A stretch of DNA of 62,975 nt, counting the filler, from Octopus bimaculoides (lineage: Eukaryota): assembly GCF_001194135.2 (NCBI RefSeq). It is 7 parts of 7 records of this genome, joined end to end, with 100 filler letters (N's around TTAATTAATTAA, not from the genome) between each part and the next. Parts side by side here need not be neighbours in the genome. Positions count along the whole stretch, not along the records: positions 15,244 to 27,100 come from NW_026336132.1; positions 27,201 to 38,363 come from NC_068984.1; 5 more parts are not named here. The stretch is one strand, 5' to 3'. Every line of letters starts with the position of its first letter. Within the stretch, counting starts at the first letter, position 1. The position numbers were made by a program, and so were the translations under genes. The notes below the pieces were generated by a model. The model was not told where the DNA came from. It was given only the letters and a program-made list of their open reading frames with translations, and searched no databases. This document shows positions 22,412 to 36,254 of the stretch, one piece after another.

Positions 22412-24499
22412 ATATATGTAAAATTAGAGTACATTTCTATACACAAAAGGGGTGAACTTAACAGGACACCTTACATGCTAAAAAGAGCAGTCAAGTCTCA
22501 AACCACGGATAAGAGTAATTTCAAAGGAGATGAAAAATGGAAAAAAAACAAAAAAACAAAAAAAAACATTTTCAATAGTTACCACATGTACTTAGATTTC
22601 GAACATCAATGAACAAATAAAATAATTTGCCATCCGTGTCCTCATCAGCACGGACGCTACAATTAATGTCTCCTTGTGGAACGCACATGTTCCATCTATG
22701 TACATAATTTTTCAAATCCACCGCATAAGCGCAGTTATAGTCGGCAGCAAATAAAATTTATGTACCAACTCTTTGGAGAATATGTTGTCTATTGACTCTA
22801 TTATGCATGCTCGCCACTGGTAGAAAATTTCTCTAAATTTTCCTGGATCGTCCACTTGGTCAACATTTTGGTCGCAACTGTAAGCGAAAGCATGATGAAT
22901 ATTAACGAACTTATTACTCGCTTGCGAGTGACGGCTGTAGTATTTGTATGAGGCATTTCAGAAGGGATTTAATTAATGCATTAATGAATTCTTATTTCTT
23001 CCGTTACTGTAAATGGGAACCATTTTACCTTCGTATAAAATAGAATACTGAAATAATCCCGAGGTAATTTTGCCTTTGTATACCTCCGCGTTAAAATATT
23101 AACTCTTTTGATACCTATCATCCGAGATCACCCCTGACTCTGCGATATAAACTTCAAGTTTGAAACCGATCATAATTAAAGCCTTCCATCAAAGTCTCAT
23201 GTTATGTTCCAAGCATCAGCTTAATAATAACAATTATTTTACTAAATTCTTTATTTTCAAAACTAAATCGAAACAAAGACAGTGCATCTCAACCAAAATA
23301 TGGTAACAAAGAGGTTAAGGGGATCTAAATTAAAACCTTCCATCATAATTGCATGTTAATTTACTTTTCAAACATCAGCTTCATAATGACAAAGTTATTT
23401 TACTAAATTCTTTATGTTCAAAATTAAATAGAATTAAACACAATTAAAGGTGGTGTATTTTATTCGAAATATGGTAACAAAAGGGTTGATAATCGTTTCG
23501 CTCAAAGCGTTCCTTTCACTTAAAGGACTTGAGTTAATAAAGGAGAAATCGATATCTATCATATTGATATTAGAGAATGCCCTGCAGCATATCATATCCC
23601 TGTAGAACGGCTATTAACTACTGACAGGCATATCTTGGTACTTGAATGAAGTGCAGTAAATGAGAATAGACAGCTCAGAATACACAGATTTCGGAAGATC
23701 GAGTGTTAGACAAATCGATGCTATTACCCCTCCTCTTTTGAAACCAGCGTCGACTTTACCCAGGGTGGCAGCATCAGCTGTACAAACAGAACTGTCTTAG
23801 AGGTATTTGCGCGGAATCTGATGTATCACTTTCATTCTTCCTTTGCAGACATAATTCCTAACCCGCTAGTAAAACGATGAGGGAATTTCATTGCACCTTA
23901 ATCCACACACACACACACACACACTCTCTCCTTCACACACACACACACTTTCCTCTCCGCGAACACACGCACAAACATAATGTACGCATTCACTCTTCAT
24001 AACATCCAGTATTTTTAAACAAACAAGACACTTTCTTTTGAAAATTTTCTTTTTCCTTTTCTTTCTTCGTTTCTTTTTCAAGCAAACGATTTTTGAAGTC
24101 GCTTATATTTTCACCTCTGACTTTCCCCCGCGTATTATTCCTTCTTTCCCTCTCATTTATTTGAGCTATTTACTCCTTTGTCTGGAATTAGCACACGACC
24201 TCCTGCTGACCTTACCTTCCCTAAAAATAGGAACACAAAGAATTTACCTAACTCTTTAGCATTATATCCATTTCTTCATCTGAATTCAATTACCAATATC
24301 TTTGTCCAATCATTTCTCAGGGAATTAAAATTGACAAATTATGAATAGAAATTATAAAAATTATATTATACTAAAATGAATTTTAACGAATTAAATTTAG
24401 CTACGATTGTATCTTATTAAATCACAGCTAATTAACTTTAATGAAAACGAATCGTAATGAAGAAGAAATACATGCAGGGTGGTGAAGTTCGATTCGCAA

Positions 24500-24594
24500 T
24501 TACTCGGCTTTGGATATGATTCCACTGCGGGGCATTTCGTACTGTAGCCTCAGATTGACCCGTACCTCATGAGTGAAGTTTGGTAGACCATCAC

Positions 24595-24665
<71 letters not shown>

Positions 24666-25075
24666 NNNNNNNNNNNNNNNNNNNNNNNNNNNNNNNNNNN
24701 NNNNNNNNNNNNNNNNNNNNNNNNNNNNNNNNNNNNNNNNNNNNNNNNNNNNNNNNNNNNNNNNNNNNNNNNNNNNNNNNNNNNNNNNNNNNNNNNNNNN
24801 NNNNNNNNNNNNNNNNNNNNNNNNNNNNNNNNNNNNNNNNNNNNNNNNTATATATATATATATATATGAATCTCTGCGTTTGTGTATGAGCACACCACCC
24901 CTTGACAACCAGTGTTTGTTTTATGGCGCCCTGTAACTGAGCAGTTTGGCAAAAGAAACCGATAGAATAAGTACCAAGATTTAAAAAAAAAATTCCGGGG
25001 TTGATTCATTCGAATAAAATTTTTTCGAGGCGGTGCCCCAGCATGGCTACTGTCCAAAACGGGAAAAGATAAAAG
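24500..25075 (+). mobile_element. SINE family A, decayed, spanning an N gap
   Basis: ccactgcggggca...tttggtagac (CA)n gap (TA)n ...gatagaataagtacc...gcggtgccccagcatggc. Confidence 0.7.
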
Positions 25076-25592
25076 TTAGAGAGAAAAACAAGCAAAACTG
25101 TTTGTGGCAATTGCGATCAAGGCCAAATAAGAAAGGGAGATAATTCGAAGAATCACGAATTCTGCAAACAGTCTGATTGTCTGCAGACAAGACACATGCA
25201 GGCACGTGTTTCTGTCACCACAAGCGTCATCAGTGCAGCAGTTGTAACTTGAATCAGCAGACGAGATTGTAAGACATGCACCAAAAGATTAGAAAACATT
25301 TATATTGGTTAAATTGAATAAATGAAACGAGACTAAGCTCAGAGAATAATTGCTTGTCTGGAAGTATGAGTTGTACAATTGTTTTATGAAAAATGGAAAT
25401 CCTTCTGCCATCTCGCAGTCATTTTTGAAAACTGTAAATACTTCCACAAGGCCTATTCAGACTATATACGAATTTTCATGTGTTGTGTGTGTGTGTATAC
25501 GTTCGTGCGTGTTTGGTCTGTCTGTGTGTGTTTATGTGTGATATTAAGATTCTTAATGTAAGTACAAGGTGGCATGAATAGAAGGTACATTA

Positions 25593-25900
25593 GTTCGCCC
25601 ATCGTTGTCGACGATGTCTAAGGATATCACATGGGAGAAGATGGGACGCGGTGTGTCTGGCTGCGGCCGCTCAGTCCGATGCGAGCTCAGAACACTCTGC
25701 CCCAGGTCGGGCACTGGTGGTCTGTAGGAACTGAAGGCAAAGAGTTAGCTCTGGACTTGCGTGGTTCACGTTTTCTTTGTACCTCTGCAATCCTGTTCTC
25801 TTTGTAGGAGGTCGAAACTGTGTTGGTGCAGTTAAAATACAGTTTTGCTTTCATCAGTTGTCAACAAGATGAGGAAGATATCAACCTGCCAGGAGACGTT
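25593..25900 (-). mobile_element. RTE-clade LINE 3' end
   Basis: RIAEVQRKREPRKSR...CPTWGRVF*ARIGLSGRSQTHR (RTE C-terminal CxxC...H motif) followed by the tail catcgtcgacaacgatgggcgaac. Confidence 0.8.
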
Positions 25901-26399
25901 ACCGTCTGTTTCGTTGTGCTTTCCCCTTCGTTATTGCAGCAATGAATTTAACACAGTTAATTTATCCCTGCAATACACGAAATCACGCACGTAAACTCTG
26001 CTGGATAAATATCTCATATGAACCTTGTAGACATAACTCAGACGGCACAGACCATCGCGCGCGCACTGACATACTCCAACGCACGTACAGACACAAACAC
26101 ATGTACACGTATACGCCCGCGCGCACACTCACACCTACACACAAACACATTAAATCGACATTAACAGCCATATTCTTCAAATCCGGTGATAAAGAACGTG
26201 ATACAGACAACATAATTCCCGCGATTACCGTCTACAATAAAACGATATTACTAAACGCTACTAAAAAAACAAAACAAAACAAAACCTATTTTATATTAAA
26301 GATAAGAGCGAAAAGGTCTTGACAGATCGATGGAGCTGCGAAATCTATTGTTCAAGTAAAATATAAAAGGCTAATAATGTAAGAAGAAAAAATAGTTCT

Positions 26400-26400
26400 T

Positions 26401-26451
<51 letters not shown>

Positions 26452-26455
26452 ATAC

Positions 26456-26486
<31 letters not shown>
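26400..26486. repeat. (TAC)n(TAA)n compound microsatellite
   Basis: Direct inspection. Confidence 0.95.
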
Positions 26487-26584
26487 TGAAGTTCAGTCGT
26501 AATTTTTTTTGGGTATAAAAAATATATTTCCTCTCTCACTCTCCCTCTCTACACACGTGTGTGTGTGGAGGTATATTTGTGTGT

Positions 26585-26952
26585 TGTGGGGCTGCAATGA
26601 CCTAGTGGTTAGGGCAGCGGACACGCGGTCGTAGGATCGCAGTTTCGATATCCAGATCGGGCGTTGCGAGTCTTCCTTGATTGAAAACACCTAAAGCTCC
26701 ACGAGGCTCCGGCAGGGGTTGGTGGCGAACACTGCTGTACTCTCTTACAGCACAACTTTCTCTCCCTCTTTCTTCCTGTCTCTGTATTTCAAAGGGGTCA
26801 GCCTTGTCACACTGTGTCACTCTGAATATCCCCGAGAACTACGTTAAGGGTACATGTGTCTGTGGAGTGCTCAGCCACTTGCACGTTAATTTCAGGAGCA
26901 GGCTGCTCCGTTGATCGGATCAACTGGAACCCTCGTCGCAACCGACGGAGTG
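26585..26952 (+). mobile_element. SINE family C (tRNA-derived)
   Basis: A box tgacctagtggttagg and B-box-like agtttcgatatcc, then a ~300-bp non-tRNA body; no acceptor stem. Confidence 0.75.
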
Positions 26953-27069
26953 GCATGACAATTTGTGCGTGCGTGCGTCTAGATATATAGACATGTATAT
27001 ATTTAATTATACTTAAATGAGTATAATCCTTGATATATGTATTTTTATGTTACAATGAAATCATATATA

Positions 27070-27100
<31 letters not shown>

Positions 27101-27754
27101 NNNNNNNNNNNNNNNNNNNNNNNNNNNNNNNNNNNNNNNNNNNNTTAATTAATTAANNNNNNNNNNNNNNNNNNNNNNNNNNNNNNNNNNNNNNNNNNNN
27201 TATATATATATATATATATATTTTAATAAATCTTCTAAAATTTTCTTTTGACCTTCCTACCAACTGAAAATTATAAGGTTTAACATACCCTATGATGTAT
27301 GTTATTTTACCATATTATCTGTACCATCATTGACAGTCATTTCAACTGGCACTAATATTACTGCTATCTCTAATAGCAATAACAATTAGCTGAGCTAAGT
27401 TGCTAAACATTCTACATGAGTCTCTCTCTCTCTCATTTTATTGGCCCTTTGATGGGACTTGAATTCAGAATGTAGAAGATTGGACTTAGATTATTATTGT
27501 AAGGCTGTGTCACTGATTTTGTAATTTTGGCACAAAATTCCATTTCTGTATGACAGGTGTGTGGGATTAAATTAACCCCAGTCCCCAGTGCATGATAAAT
27601 ACTTATTTTGTTGAACCCAAAAGAATGGAAGAAGTGATCCAAGAAAGTTTTGAACTCATAACAGCATAGTATATAGTCTGGCAGTCCATTATTTCTGCCA
27701 CTCCAGTAACAATAATAATTATTATTTGTAATATAGACACAAGCTGGCAATTCT

Positions 27755-28146
27755 GGTTGTAGGGACTAGTCATTTACATTGCCCCTACTACATACTTTTA
27801 TTTTATCAACCTCAGAGAGATGAAAAGCAAGGTTGACTTTACTGGGATTTGAACTCTGAATGTAAAGTGCCAGGTAATAATAATAATAATAATGATAATA
27901 ATAATAATAATGATGAGGAGGAGGAGGAGGAGGATTTCAAATTTTTGCAACAAGGGCAGCTTAGGGGAGGTGGGGATGAGTCGATTACATTGACCCCAGT
28001 GTTCAACCGGTACTTATTCTATTGGCCCCAAATGAATGAAAGACAAAGTCAACCTTGGCAGAATTTAAACTCAGAACATAGGGATGGATGAAATGTCAGT
28101 AAGCATTTTGCCTGACATGCTAACAATTCTGCAAGTTTGCTGCCTT
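27755..28146 (-). mobile_element. Two SINE family B copies (CpG-decayed) in AAT tracts
   Basis: aaagtcaaccttggcagaatttaaactcagaacat versus aaagtcgacctcggcggaatttgaactcagaacgt in the intact copy at 37.2 kb. Confidence 0.8.
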
Positions 28147-28201
<55 letters not shown>

Positions 28202-29932
28202 CTATTTGATTATCACTTCTGGTTCAATCATTTGTAAACTGTTTAGAATGGAATCTGAGAAAATTCCAAATATAGTTTCTAAGAGAAAGACATTTGCCAG
28301 CATATTCAACTTTACTCAATATTTGTGAACTGCAATTGCATATAAAGCTTGATTCAGTAGTCTTAGAAGATTTAATTTTAGTAGGGGCTAAAATTGAAAT
28401 GAAGATTTTGTATGACCTGCTATTTAAAACCTTTTCTTAATCATCTCACAAAATTAAGCCAATCACAAGTGTCAGCCATCTCATATGTAATGTTTTCCTC
28501 TGGGATGTGTAGTTAGCTGAATATGTTTTTGAGAATAGCAGGATCCTTATTACTAACTCCCCATGACATCTGGATTTACTGTAAAATTAGAAAGTAGACA
28601 GCCAGACAGCAGATAGATGGACAGAACAACTTTTTATGTGACATGGAAAGTTTATTGTTTTATTTCAGTAACAGTGATTATACCTAAGGTGAGAGGTTTA
28701 CACTTATACATACGCTTCCCTCTGTGTATAAGTGTAGAATTATAGCAGCACATGGCTAATCTTGCAAATAAAATGTAATTTATTTTTAACCAAGAATCAA
28801 TAAAACAAAAACAGAACCTGGAGGATAGAAAGCTAGCTCATTGATATACGGCTGCGTAAAGATATATAGATATATGTGCAGGGATGAGAGAAAGAAAGAG
28901 AAAGCAAAAGAGTATGTTCTGTATGTTTGAATGGAAGCAGCATGTTAGAATTTTGTTCTGTAAAGAGAACCCATTTTCATTTAATTTCTACTGTTTCAGT
29001 TCTGTTCATTTAATAATAATAAAAAAAAAAAATTTTAATGAGAAAAAATTTTTGACATCAGTTTTGCTAGATTTATTATAGCAGGTGTTCTACAGATGAT
29101 AGTTTTCTATGAAGCTAACAATTACCAGAAGTAACATTTTCTTTTTCTAGTTTGAGGCCTGTGGAAGGTCAGGGTATTATAATTGTTGACAGAATTGTAA
29201 ACCTCTGGTGTGGTGTATAGTTACTTACCCCGAACCTAACTGCAAACTCCCATTTACATATACCATTATGTGAAAATGATAAAAAAATAAAATTGTTTTA
29301 ATTTTTGTTAGAAAAACACATTTGTTGGAGGCAAAGCTTTGATTTGTATATAAAGACACAATACTGGTATATGACAAACCAGAGAGGAACGCTCTACAGT
29401 TGCTTTGAATAAAAGCCAAATTTCTTTCATATATTACCTTGTCATCTTATAACAAAAAACATATTGAATAATGTAGTTCTAAATATACTATGCCTGGTAA
29501 AAGACAGGATGGTCAAGGCTAGAATGCCTTTGATCATAGATCTGTTTGATCACAAATGACCTGGGAGCTAAACAACAACAACAGCTTACATTTGAGATTA
29601 CTTGTACCTAATCATTCTATCACTCATCCATCCATTCCCATCATTGCCATTGATCCCCGTTTTCATCTTTCCTTAATGCTAGCATGAATTTGATGGATTT
29701 GCAAAGTAGCTTCGTTTCAAGCAATCATTTCCTACATCATCAAATCTGACAGATGTAATCTCATAATTTGTCTGCTAAACACTACTTTCCCCTCTACCCA
29801 CATATAACTGAGCAATATTTTGAAATACATAGTTTAATATTCAAGTCAGTTATGTTCTAGCTTGGTAAGAACCACACTGGTTCAAATAATATATTAAAAG
29901 AAACTATAATAGAACCTCTGCATGGTACTCAC

Positions 29933-30008
29933 TCAACCTGCTAGAATTAGCAGCTGAATCACTTTCAAATCACATTCTACATTGATTAATACAGTTCTAA
30001 ATGCATAA
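29933..30008 (-). other. Candidate spliced exon (frame YAFRTVLINVECDLKVIQLLILAG*)
   Basis: Strong acceptor tttacttcattttttttttcaag|, strong donor TGA|GTGAGT. The only open frame stops at the exon end. Confidence 0.35.
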
Positions 30009-30644
30009 CTTGAAAAAAAAAATGAAGTAAAAATAAATACAAATAACAGATTGTTTGAATGGTTATGTCTGGAATACTTTTGATTATGGAAGTGGTCAGT
30101 CAGCACTGACCTAGAACTAAACATCAACATTATACTCAATTCAACTCAAGTCAAATAAATGACTGACCATAATTCTTTTGTCTTCATTATCAATGCTTCA
30201 TTATTGTACATCATCATACTTCTGACTCATACAACATAGATAATAAGTACATTAAATTTAAGTCAAATAAATAACAGAGCTCATCTATTACCTCTAGCAA
30301 GCTGCCCTGCCAAAGTAGACCATGTTCTTCAGTTTATGATTATTCATACTGAATTGTTCCAAACTAACTGTCTCAGTTAAACTATATTGTCTCTTGTTAA
30401 TCTTTGAAATCCTGCTGGTCTTATGAATCTGGTAGCTGTCAACATTTTCTCAGAATCTCTTGCTTGCTAGTGTACCTTCTGCTAACAACTTCATCTTGAC
30501 AGCCCTTAAACTTCTATTCAAAGTTTCTCTTTTGATTTTTACTTTGATGACCAGGTTTTACATAATTTAGTTCTAATTAATGAGCATCGACTCTTAATTT
30601 TTTGGGATAATGACTTCAGAAAAAAATAGGAAATATGAAATAGT

Positions 30645-30810
30645 CAAGGGTGTAGCTGTGCAGTTAAGAAGCTTGTTACCCAACCATTTGGTTTTTGATT
30701 CAGTCCTATTGCGTGGCACTTTGGACAAGTTTCTTCTGATATAGGCCTGGGGTGACTAAAGCTTTGTGTGTAGATTAATTGATGGAAACTAGAAGAAATC
30801 TGTAATGTGT
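30645..30810 (+). mobile_element. SINE family A left half, decayed
   Basis: gtagctgtgcagttaagaagcttg...gcgtggcactttggacaag. Confidence 0.65.
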
Positions 30811-30844
30811 GTGTGTGTGTGCACGTGCACACACTTGTCTAGAA

Positions 30845-31055
30845 ATCACATGGTGGTTGTAAATGAACATCATCATACAAGTGAGGTTGCTCATTTCAGT
30901 CTTCTGTGAAAAACATGTCTGGCCTTAGAAAAATATTGCATTGCTTGAAAATAGGTGCAAGTTGGCAGCCAACCATAGAGAATCTGCTTCAACAAATTCC
31001 ATTTGACCCATACAAGCATGAAAAAGTGGATATCAAATGATAGTGATGATGATGA
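30845..31055 (+). mobile_element. SINE family D 3' part (RTE-type tail)
   Basis: gacccatacaagcatgaaaaagtggatatcaaatgatagtgatgatgatg tail. Confidence 0.55.
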
Positions 31056-31777
31056 GATGACTGTAACAATAAGCACTGTCAAACAGATGCTAGAAGTTGA
31101 GCTCTCGTCTTAATTTACCACTGATTTTGTCTTTAGTTTTTGTTCCTATTATACAGACAGTAAATGGCCAATCATGCATTTTTAGCTTCCTCTCTGATCA
31201 TCTAACTAAAGAACATGAGATCAGTAAACTTCTGTAGGCCAACAGTTTCTACAAAAGTTGTGTGTAGTTTATCAGTTATTTCTGCTACTGACACACAGGA
31301 ATGAGGCATTCACATTTGTGGTACTTTATCCCCAATATAAGCTGCATTTATCATATTTTGATGCTGACTTTCTTTAATTTAGATTAGACTTTCTACATTG
31401 CCATTATTATTTGTCTAGAAATGATACTGCTTTGCTCCTAGTAATATTGTTTTTATTTGATCAGCTACAAAGGCAAAGTTTCATATACGTTTTATAGTTT
31501 TGTATAGTATTATAAATATTTTTTAGCACTGTTGGCAGTACTCTTGTAATACCTGTTTATTTCCTCTGAGTCTTTATATGGAGTTATATTTCAAATTCTT
31601 TTCTTTTTTAATATTATATATAACTGTGTCTATAATTGGTTTATTCTCAAATGTAGTATTTATTAAAAAAGTACAGGTACATTGACTTTCCTAACACTGA
31701 TGGTCTGGAAGCTCTTATAACACTGTGTAACATGATTTTTGTCCTTGGGTAGCAACTGTTATTTCCTATTTGCTTAC

Positions 31778-32020
31778 CAGAAAGTATGAAAAATGGTTAA
31801 TATTCCCTTCAAATTTTGCTTTTGTTACATTTATTCAAATCCTGAAGAATCCCTCTCAACACATGGCTGTGATGACCATGATCAGAGATGCACATATTGT
31901 CAGCTACTAAGGGTATGCTTGAGTGGTTAAGGTCAAGCAACTGACAAGCAGATCTGTAGTATTGAGAAGAATATTTGCTATAATGATATTTCTGCTTCAG
32001 CAACTTAACACCAAATCTGT
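31778..32020 (-). other. Candidate exon with a 70-codon open frame ending in TGA at 31809
   Basis: Acceptor tttttccattacatttcag|AC, donor CTG|GTAAGC; RFGVKLLKQKYHYSKYSSQYYRSACQLLDLNHSSIPLVADNMCISDHGHHSHVLRGILQDLNKCNKSKI*. Confidence 0.4.
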
Positions 32021-32485
32021 CTGAAATGTAATGGAAAAATAGGTCAGTTTCAAAACATTGATGTCCAGGTCACAAAAGCAGAGTTTGAAAGGAACAGTAG
32101 TCATTTCCTTTGATTTCTAGATAGAAGCAAATAGAAAATAACACTTACTGACCAAAAACAAAAACAAAAAATAAAAATTTTGTTGCATAGTGTAATCTGC
32201 AATAGTTTAGAATCTCTAATTCCCACAGTCACCTGACAAGTTTACTGGTACCTTACTCAATAGAGTTTTAATAAACTTGTATCCATTATACTAATGTACT
32301 TGTATCTGTATTTCATTTAATCTTTTTGAAGTAAATCTGTAATCTGGAATGGTTGTTTCTTGTGATTAATCTAAAACTTACTTAAACTTCAATCTTTTAG
32401 ATTCACATTGCACTACCACATTGAATTGATGGTACTGTATTTTGTATTGTCAATCTACAACTGCTTCACACCAGAAATGAATTAG

Positions 32486-32789
32486 ATCATCATCATCATT
32501 TAACTTCCACTCTCCATGCTGGCATGGGTTTGACGGTTTGGCCAGAGCTGATAAACTGAAGAGCTGCACCAGGTTCCAGTCTAATGTAGCATGGATTCTA
32601 TGGATGGATGCCCTTCCTAATGCTAACCACTCTAGGAGTGTAATGGGTGCTTTTACATGCCACCGGCACAGGTGTCATTTACATGACACCAACAATGACC
32701 ACAACTACAATTCACAGGTGCCATATATAATATATATATCATCATCATCATGATTTAACATACACTTTCCATGTTGGCATAGGTTGGAC

Positions 32790-32795
<6 letters not shown>
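32486..32795 (-). mobile_element. SINE family D fragments (two tails)
   Basis: catcatcatttaacttccactctccatgctggcatggg...ggatgcccttcctaatgctaaccact. Confidence 0.7.
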
Positions 32796-32862
<67 letters not shown>

Positions 32863-35044
32863 AAAATTCAGCCACACCAATCTCCAAAATCTTGTGCCAC
32901 CAAAACTAAATTCTTTGATATATATTTCTCTTTTTAAGACAGTAAGGTATGGTGCAGTTAGAATGTGCTTTGGTCATTATTCCTAGCAGTCGCGCGCTGT
33001 TCCGCTGCCGCAGCCATTGCAACTCCTCGCCTAATTTTTTTTTTTTTTCTGTTCGCTTTCCTTTCTAACTAAGAAAATCAAGTCACAACACAAAAATTTC
33101 TCACACACTTGACAAAATCTAAAACAGTTCAAAGAAACTCATTATTGTTTTTACTAACCTATACATTACCTTTTCCAACCCATAATATAGATCCAGACCA
33201 TTATATTCAGTCGACTACTTTGGCAATAAACAAAAACACTTGTGACCATTGTAACTATCACTGTTATCAGCAAAGTCATTCCTTTCTGCCCACTCGTAAA
33301 TCAAATACAGATCACTGGAATAAGAATCAACACAAATAGCTCTCAGGTTGCTGCTTCTCAATAGAGTACAATAGCAACATGTCTAGAACTTATAATTTCT
33401 CAAACAGGAATTCATTTCACCTATTTTTAACCTAGACTGCTACTGATTAAAATAGATCTAATTTCTAATCTGTCTATGAATATCCTTCTCTCTCCCCACT
33501 AAACATACATATAGTTCCATATGCAGACATCATGATTATCTCTTCCCACTGTTCCCAAGATGTAGCTACACAATCACCCAGGGACTAGGTTCCAAAATAT
33601 TAGTGTTTACGTAGCATTTGCCAAATGTACTATCTTCTTTGTTAGTAGCGATGTTAACTAACAACAAATATATCCAGCCATTACACTCAGCAACATAAAC
33701 ATGCCACATAGAGGGAAGACAAAAATATTAGCAATTACTTGAAACACCTTATTAATAATACTCATGCCTTCCATAATAACAAAAAGGCAAAGCACAGTAC
33801 AAATACACAGCACTTGGTGGAATTACATGTAGAAAATACAAAGAAACCAAATGATATATCAGACATGTCATATTAGTCCTACCTGAGACTCCCTAAATTA
33901 TATAAAACTATGAAGATTACAAAATACTGTACTTTGCACCATTGGATGATATGCACAGACCACACCCATAGACCAACTACACAATGAAATATAAATACTC
34001 AAAATGAATGCCCAACACTCCAGAATATTATTACAATATCATCATAAGAATACTATCCTTCTCATTCAGTCAAGACAAACACATAAAAACAGATGTATGG
34101 AAATGTAGCAGGAAAATCAATAACAACATTGATCTTATACTCTATACTTGTATACACATTGCTAGTAGTAAGGGAGATAAGTGTCTGAAGCTATATTTCC
34201 TATGGCCATCACTAGAACCTAAAAGCACACTAAGTTCTGCTTGATCTAGTTTGACCTGAGGCTTAACAACAGTAACAGCTTTCAGAGCTGAGAGAATACA
34301 GCATGCACTGATTGTTACACTGCATGTCATATAGCAAACCATAGCCTGTGGTGCTCCATCAGGTGGAGACTTGGTGTATCTGGTGCAGTTGAATTGTGAA
34401 CTACACCAAACTGTTTAATCAATGGCTTACATTCCAAAAGTTTGAGTAGCACTGCTATACAACAACTAAACCACTATGAAACTCTTAACTCATATTAAAC
34501 AGGTTGCTTAAATAACAGGTTTTATTTATGTAATGTTTGTTACTAGACATGCAATAGATATTTGATTGAGTCTCATTGGTTTGCCTGTTGCTTTTTCCTA
34601 TCTCAAATTACTACTTATAATGTCTAAGACTGAATATAATTTGAAGTTCTCCCTCTGTTCTGTTAGTTTTTTTTTTTTTTGATCTTCACTTGATCGCTTT
34701 TTTTCCCTTGTCATTACATTGAAGTTGTAGCAACACTAGACAAAATACTCTATACATTGTTACAGTGTCATGTACAGTTGAACTCTGGTAATACTTGGAT
34801 GTTGTCTAACTTATAAGGAAAAAGTAAAAGCTTATTTTCATTCAATAATTCAAAGAATAAAATCTAGAGTTTATACTTTAAAGAATCCTTTCATTAATTG
34901 TCCCAACCATAACTACTTTCCTGGAATGTAAAGTAGGAATTACTGGATAGTGTCAGGGCATGTCCAGAACATTTTTTCTATTTCCTGCATTTACTGAAGA
35001 TGGAATGTCATCCTTTGGATTTATATGATGTTTTATCATTATTG

Positions 35045-35500
35045 GTAAGACAGTGACCAAGCAGAATCATTAACATACTGGACAAAATGCTTAGTAGCAT
35101 TTCATCTGTCTTTATGTTCTGAGTTCAATTTCTGCTGAGGTTGATTTAGCCTTTCATTGTTTTGGGTTTGATAAAATAAGTACCAGTTGAATACTGGGTC
35201 AATGTAATCGACTTATCCTTTCCCCTGAAATTGGTAGCGTTGTGCCAAAATTTGAAACCATTTTTATCATCATCATCATTATCATTATTATTATTGGTGA
35301 GCTGGCAGAATTGTTAGCATGTTGGATAAAATGTTTAACAACATGCCTTCCTGTTCTTTGCATTCTGAGTTCAAATTCTACTTGAGTAAATTTTGCCTTT
35401 CATCCTTATGGGGGTCAATAAAATAAGGTGTCATTGAAGTATTGGAGCTGATATAACTGACTTGTCCCTTCTCAAAATTGCTGGCCTTGTGCCAAATCAC
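35045..35500 (+). mobile_element. Two tandem SINE family B copies (CpG-decayed)
   Basis: gcagaatcattaac...gagttcaatttc...ttgtgccaaaatttgaaacc (ATC/ATT)n, then a second copy. Confidence 0.8.
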
Positions 35501-35539
35501 ACAATACCCATTATTGTGATGTGGTAGATTAAAGATATT

Positions 35540-36050
35540 GGGTGTACCAGGGATTTTTGCTGTCTGTCAAGTCACAAGGCCCTCAGACACACAGCACTTA
35601 ATGCAGTATGCATGCTGTTCAAAGTAAAACAAATTTTTGCAATACATCAAAGTTGTAGAGTATTTCTAAAGTGTCCTGATGCTTCTTCAGTTTGGGCGAT
35701 ATTGAGCCCAATGCTCTGATGACAACAGGAACAAACTTTGACTCTTACAGCTGTCACATCTTGGCAATCTCAATTTTCAAGTCTCCATAATTGTCGACCT
35801 TTTCTCTTTCTTTCATAACAATACATTGATCTCCTGGCACTGCTGCATCAATTGTTAGACACCCTTGCTTGTCTTGGCCTTCAGTTCTCTAAAACCTTGT
35901 CTGTCTGAAAGTCAAAGTCTCAGAGGATCTTTGTCTTCCTGTTTCTGTCCATTTCCTTTTCCATTGTATGTTGGTACCTAGCACCAGTTACCTTGTATTC
36001 ATTCTTCCAGCACTTGTACTCTTTCTGGGCCAAACTTTCACAAGCACTTA
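35540..36050 (-). mobile_element. R4/Dong-like (RLE-type) LINE 3' fragment
   Basis: SACESLAQKEYK...KIL*DFDFQTD...KVDNYGDLKIEIAKM...VPVVIRALGSISPKLKKH...LQKFVLL*TACIL. Confidence 0.8.
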
Positions 36051-36254
36051 CTTGACCAAAAACCCTAATATCTGAATAATTAATATTAGAATTGAGTGCT
36101 TCAGTTACAAAAAGCCTCCAGTGTAATTTGTTTTTTTAGGTATTTATAGTAGATGTCATTAACAGACTGCATATTTTCTTATTAACCTGACAGTATATGA
36201 CTTGTGGTTGATTTGAGTATAGCTCACAGGTGATGACTGAATGCTTAAGATGTT

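Noticed and set aside
26585-26660. tRNA gene
   Set aside because: Only A/B-box-like motifs are present, with no cloverleaf or acceptor stem, and the sequence continues into a SINE body. The same applies to the heads of families A and B.
28669-29220. Plus-strand microexons (atttcag|TAACAGTGATTATACCTAAG|GTGAGA and ttttctag|TTTGAGG...)
   Set aside because: Their phases are incompatible or hit early stops, and no supporting chain was found.
30088-30222. Box C/D snoRNA on the minus strand (GAAGT-ATGATGA...CTGA-CC-ACTTC)
   Set aside because: The terminal stem geometry does not fit a k-turn, it is long for a guide, I recognised no rRNA/snRNA complement, and such boxes are common in AT-rich DNA.
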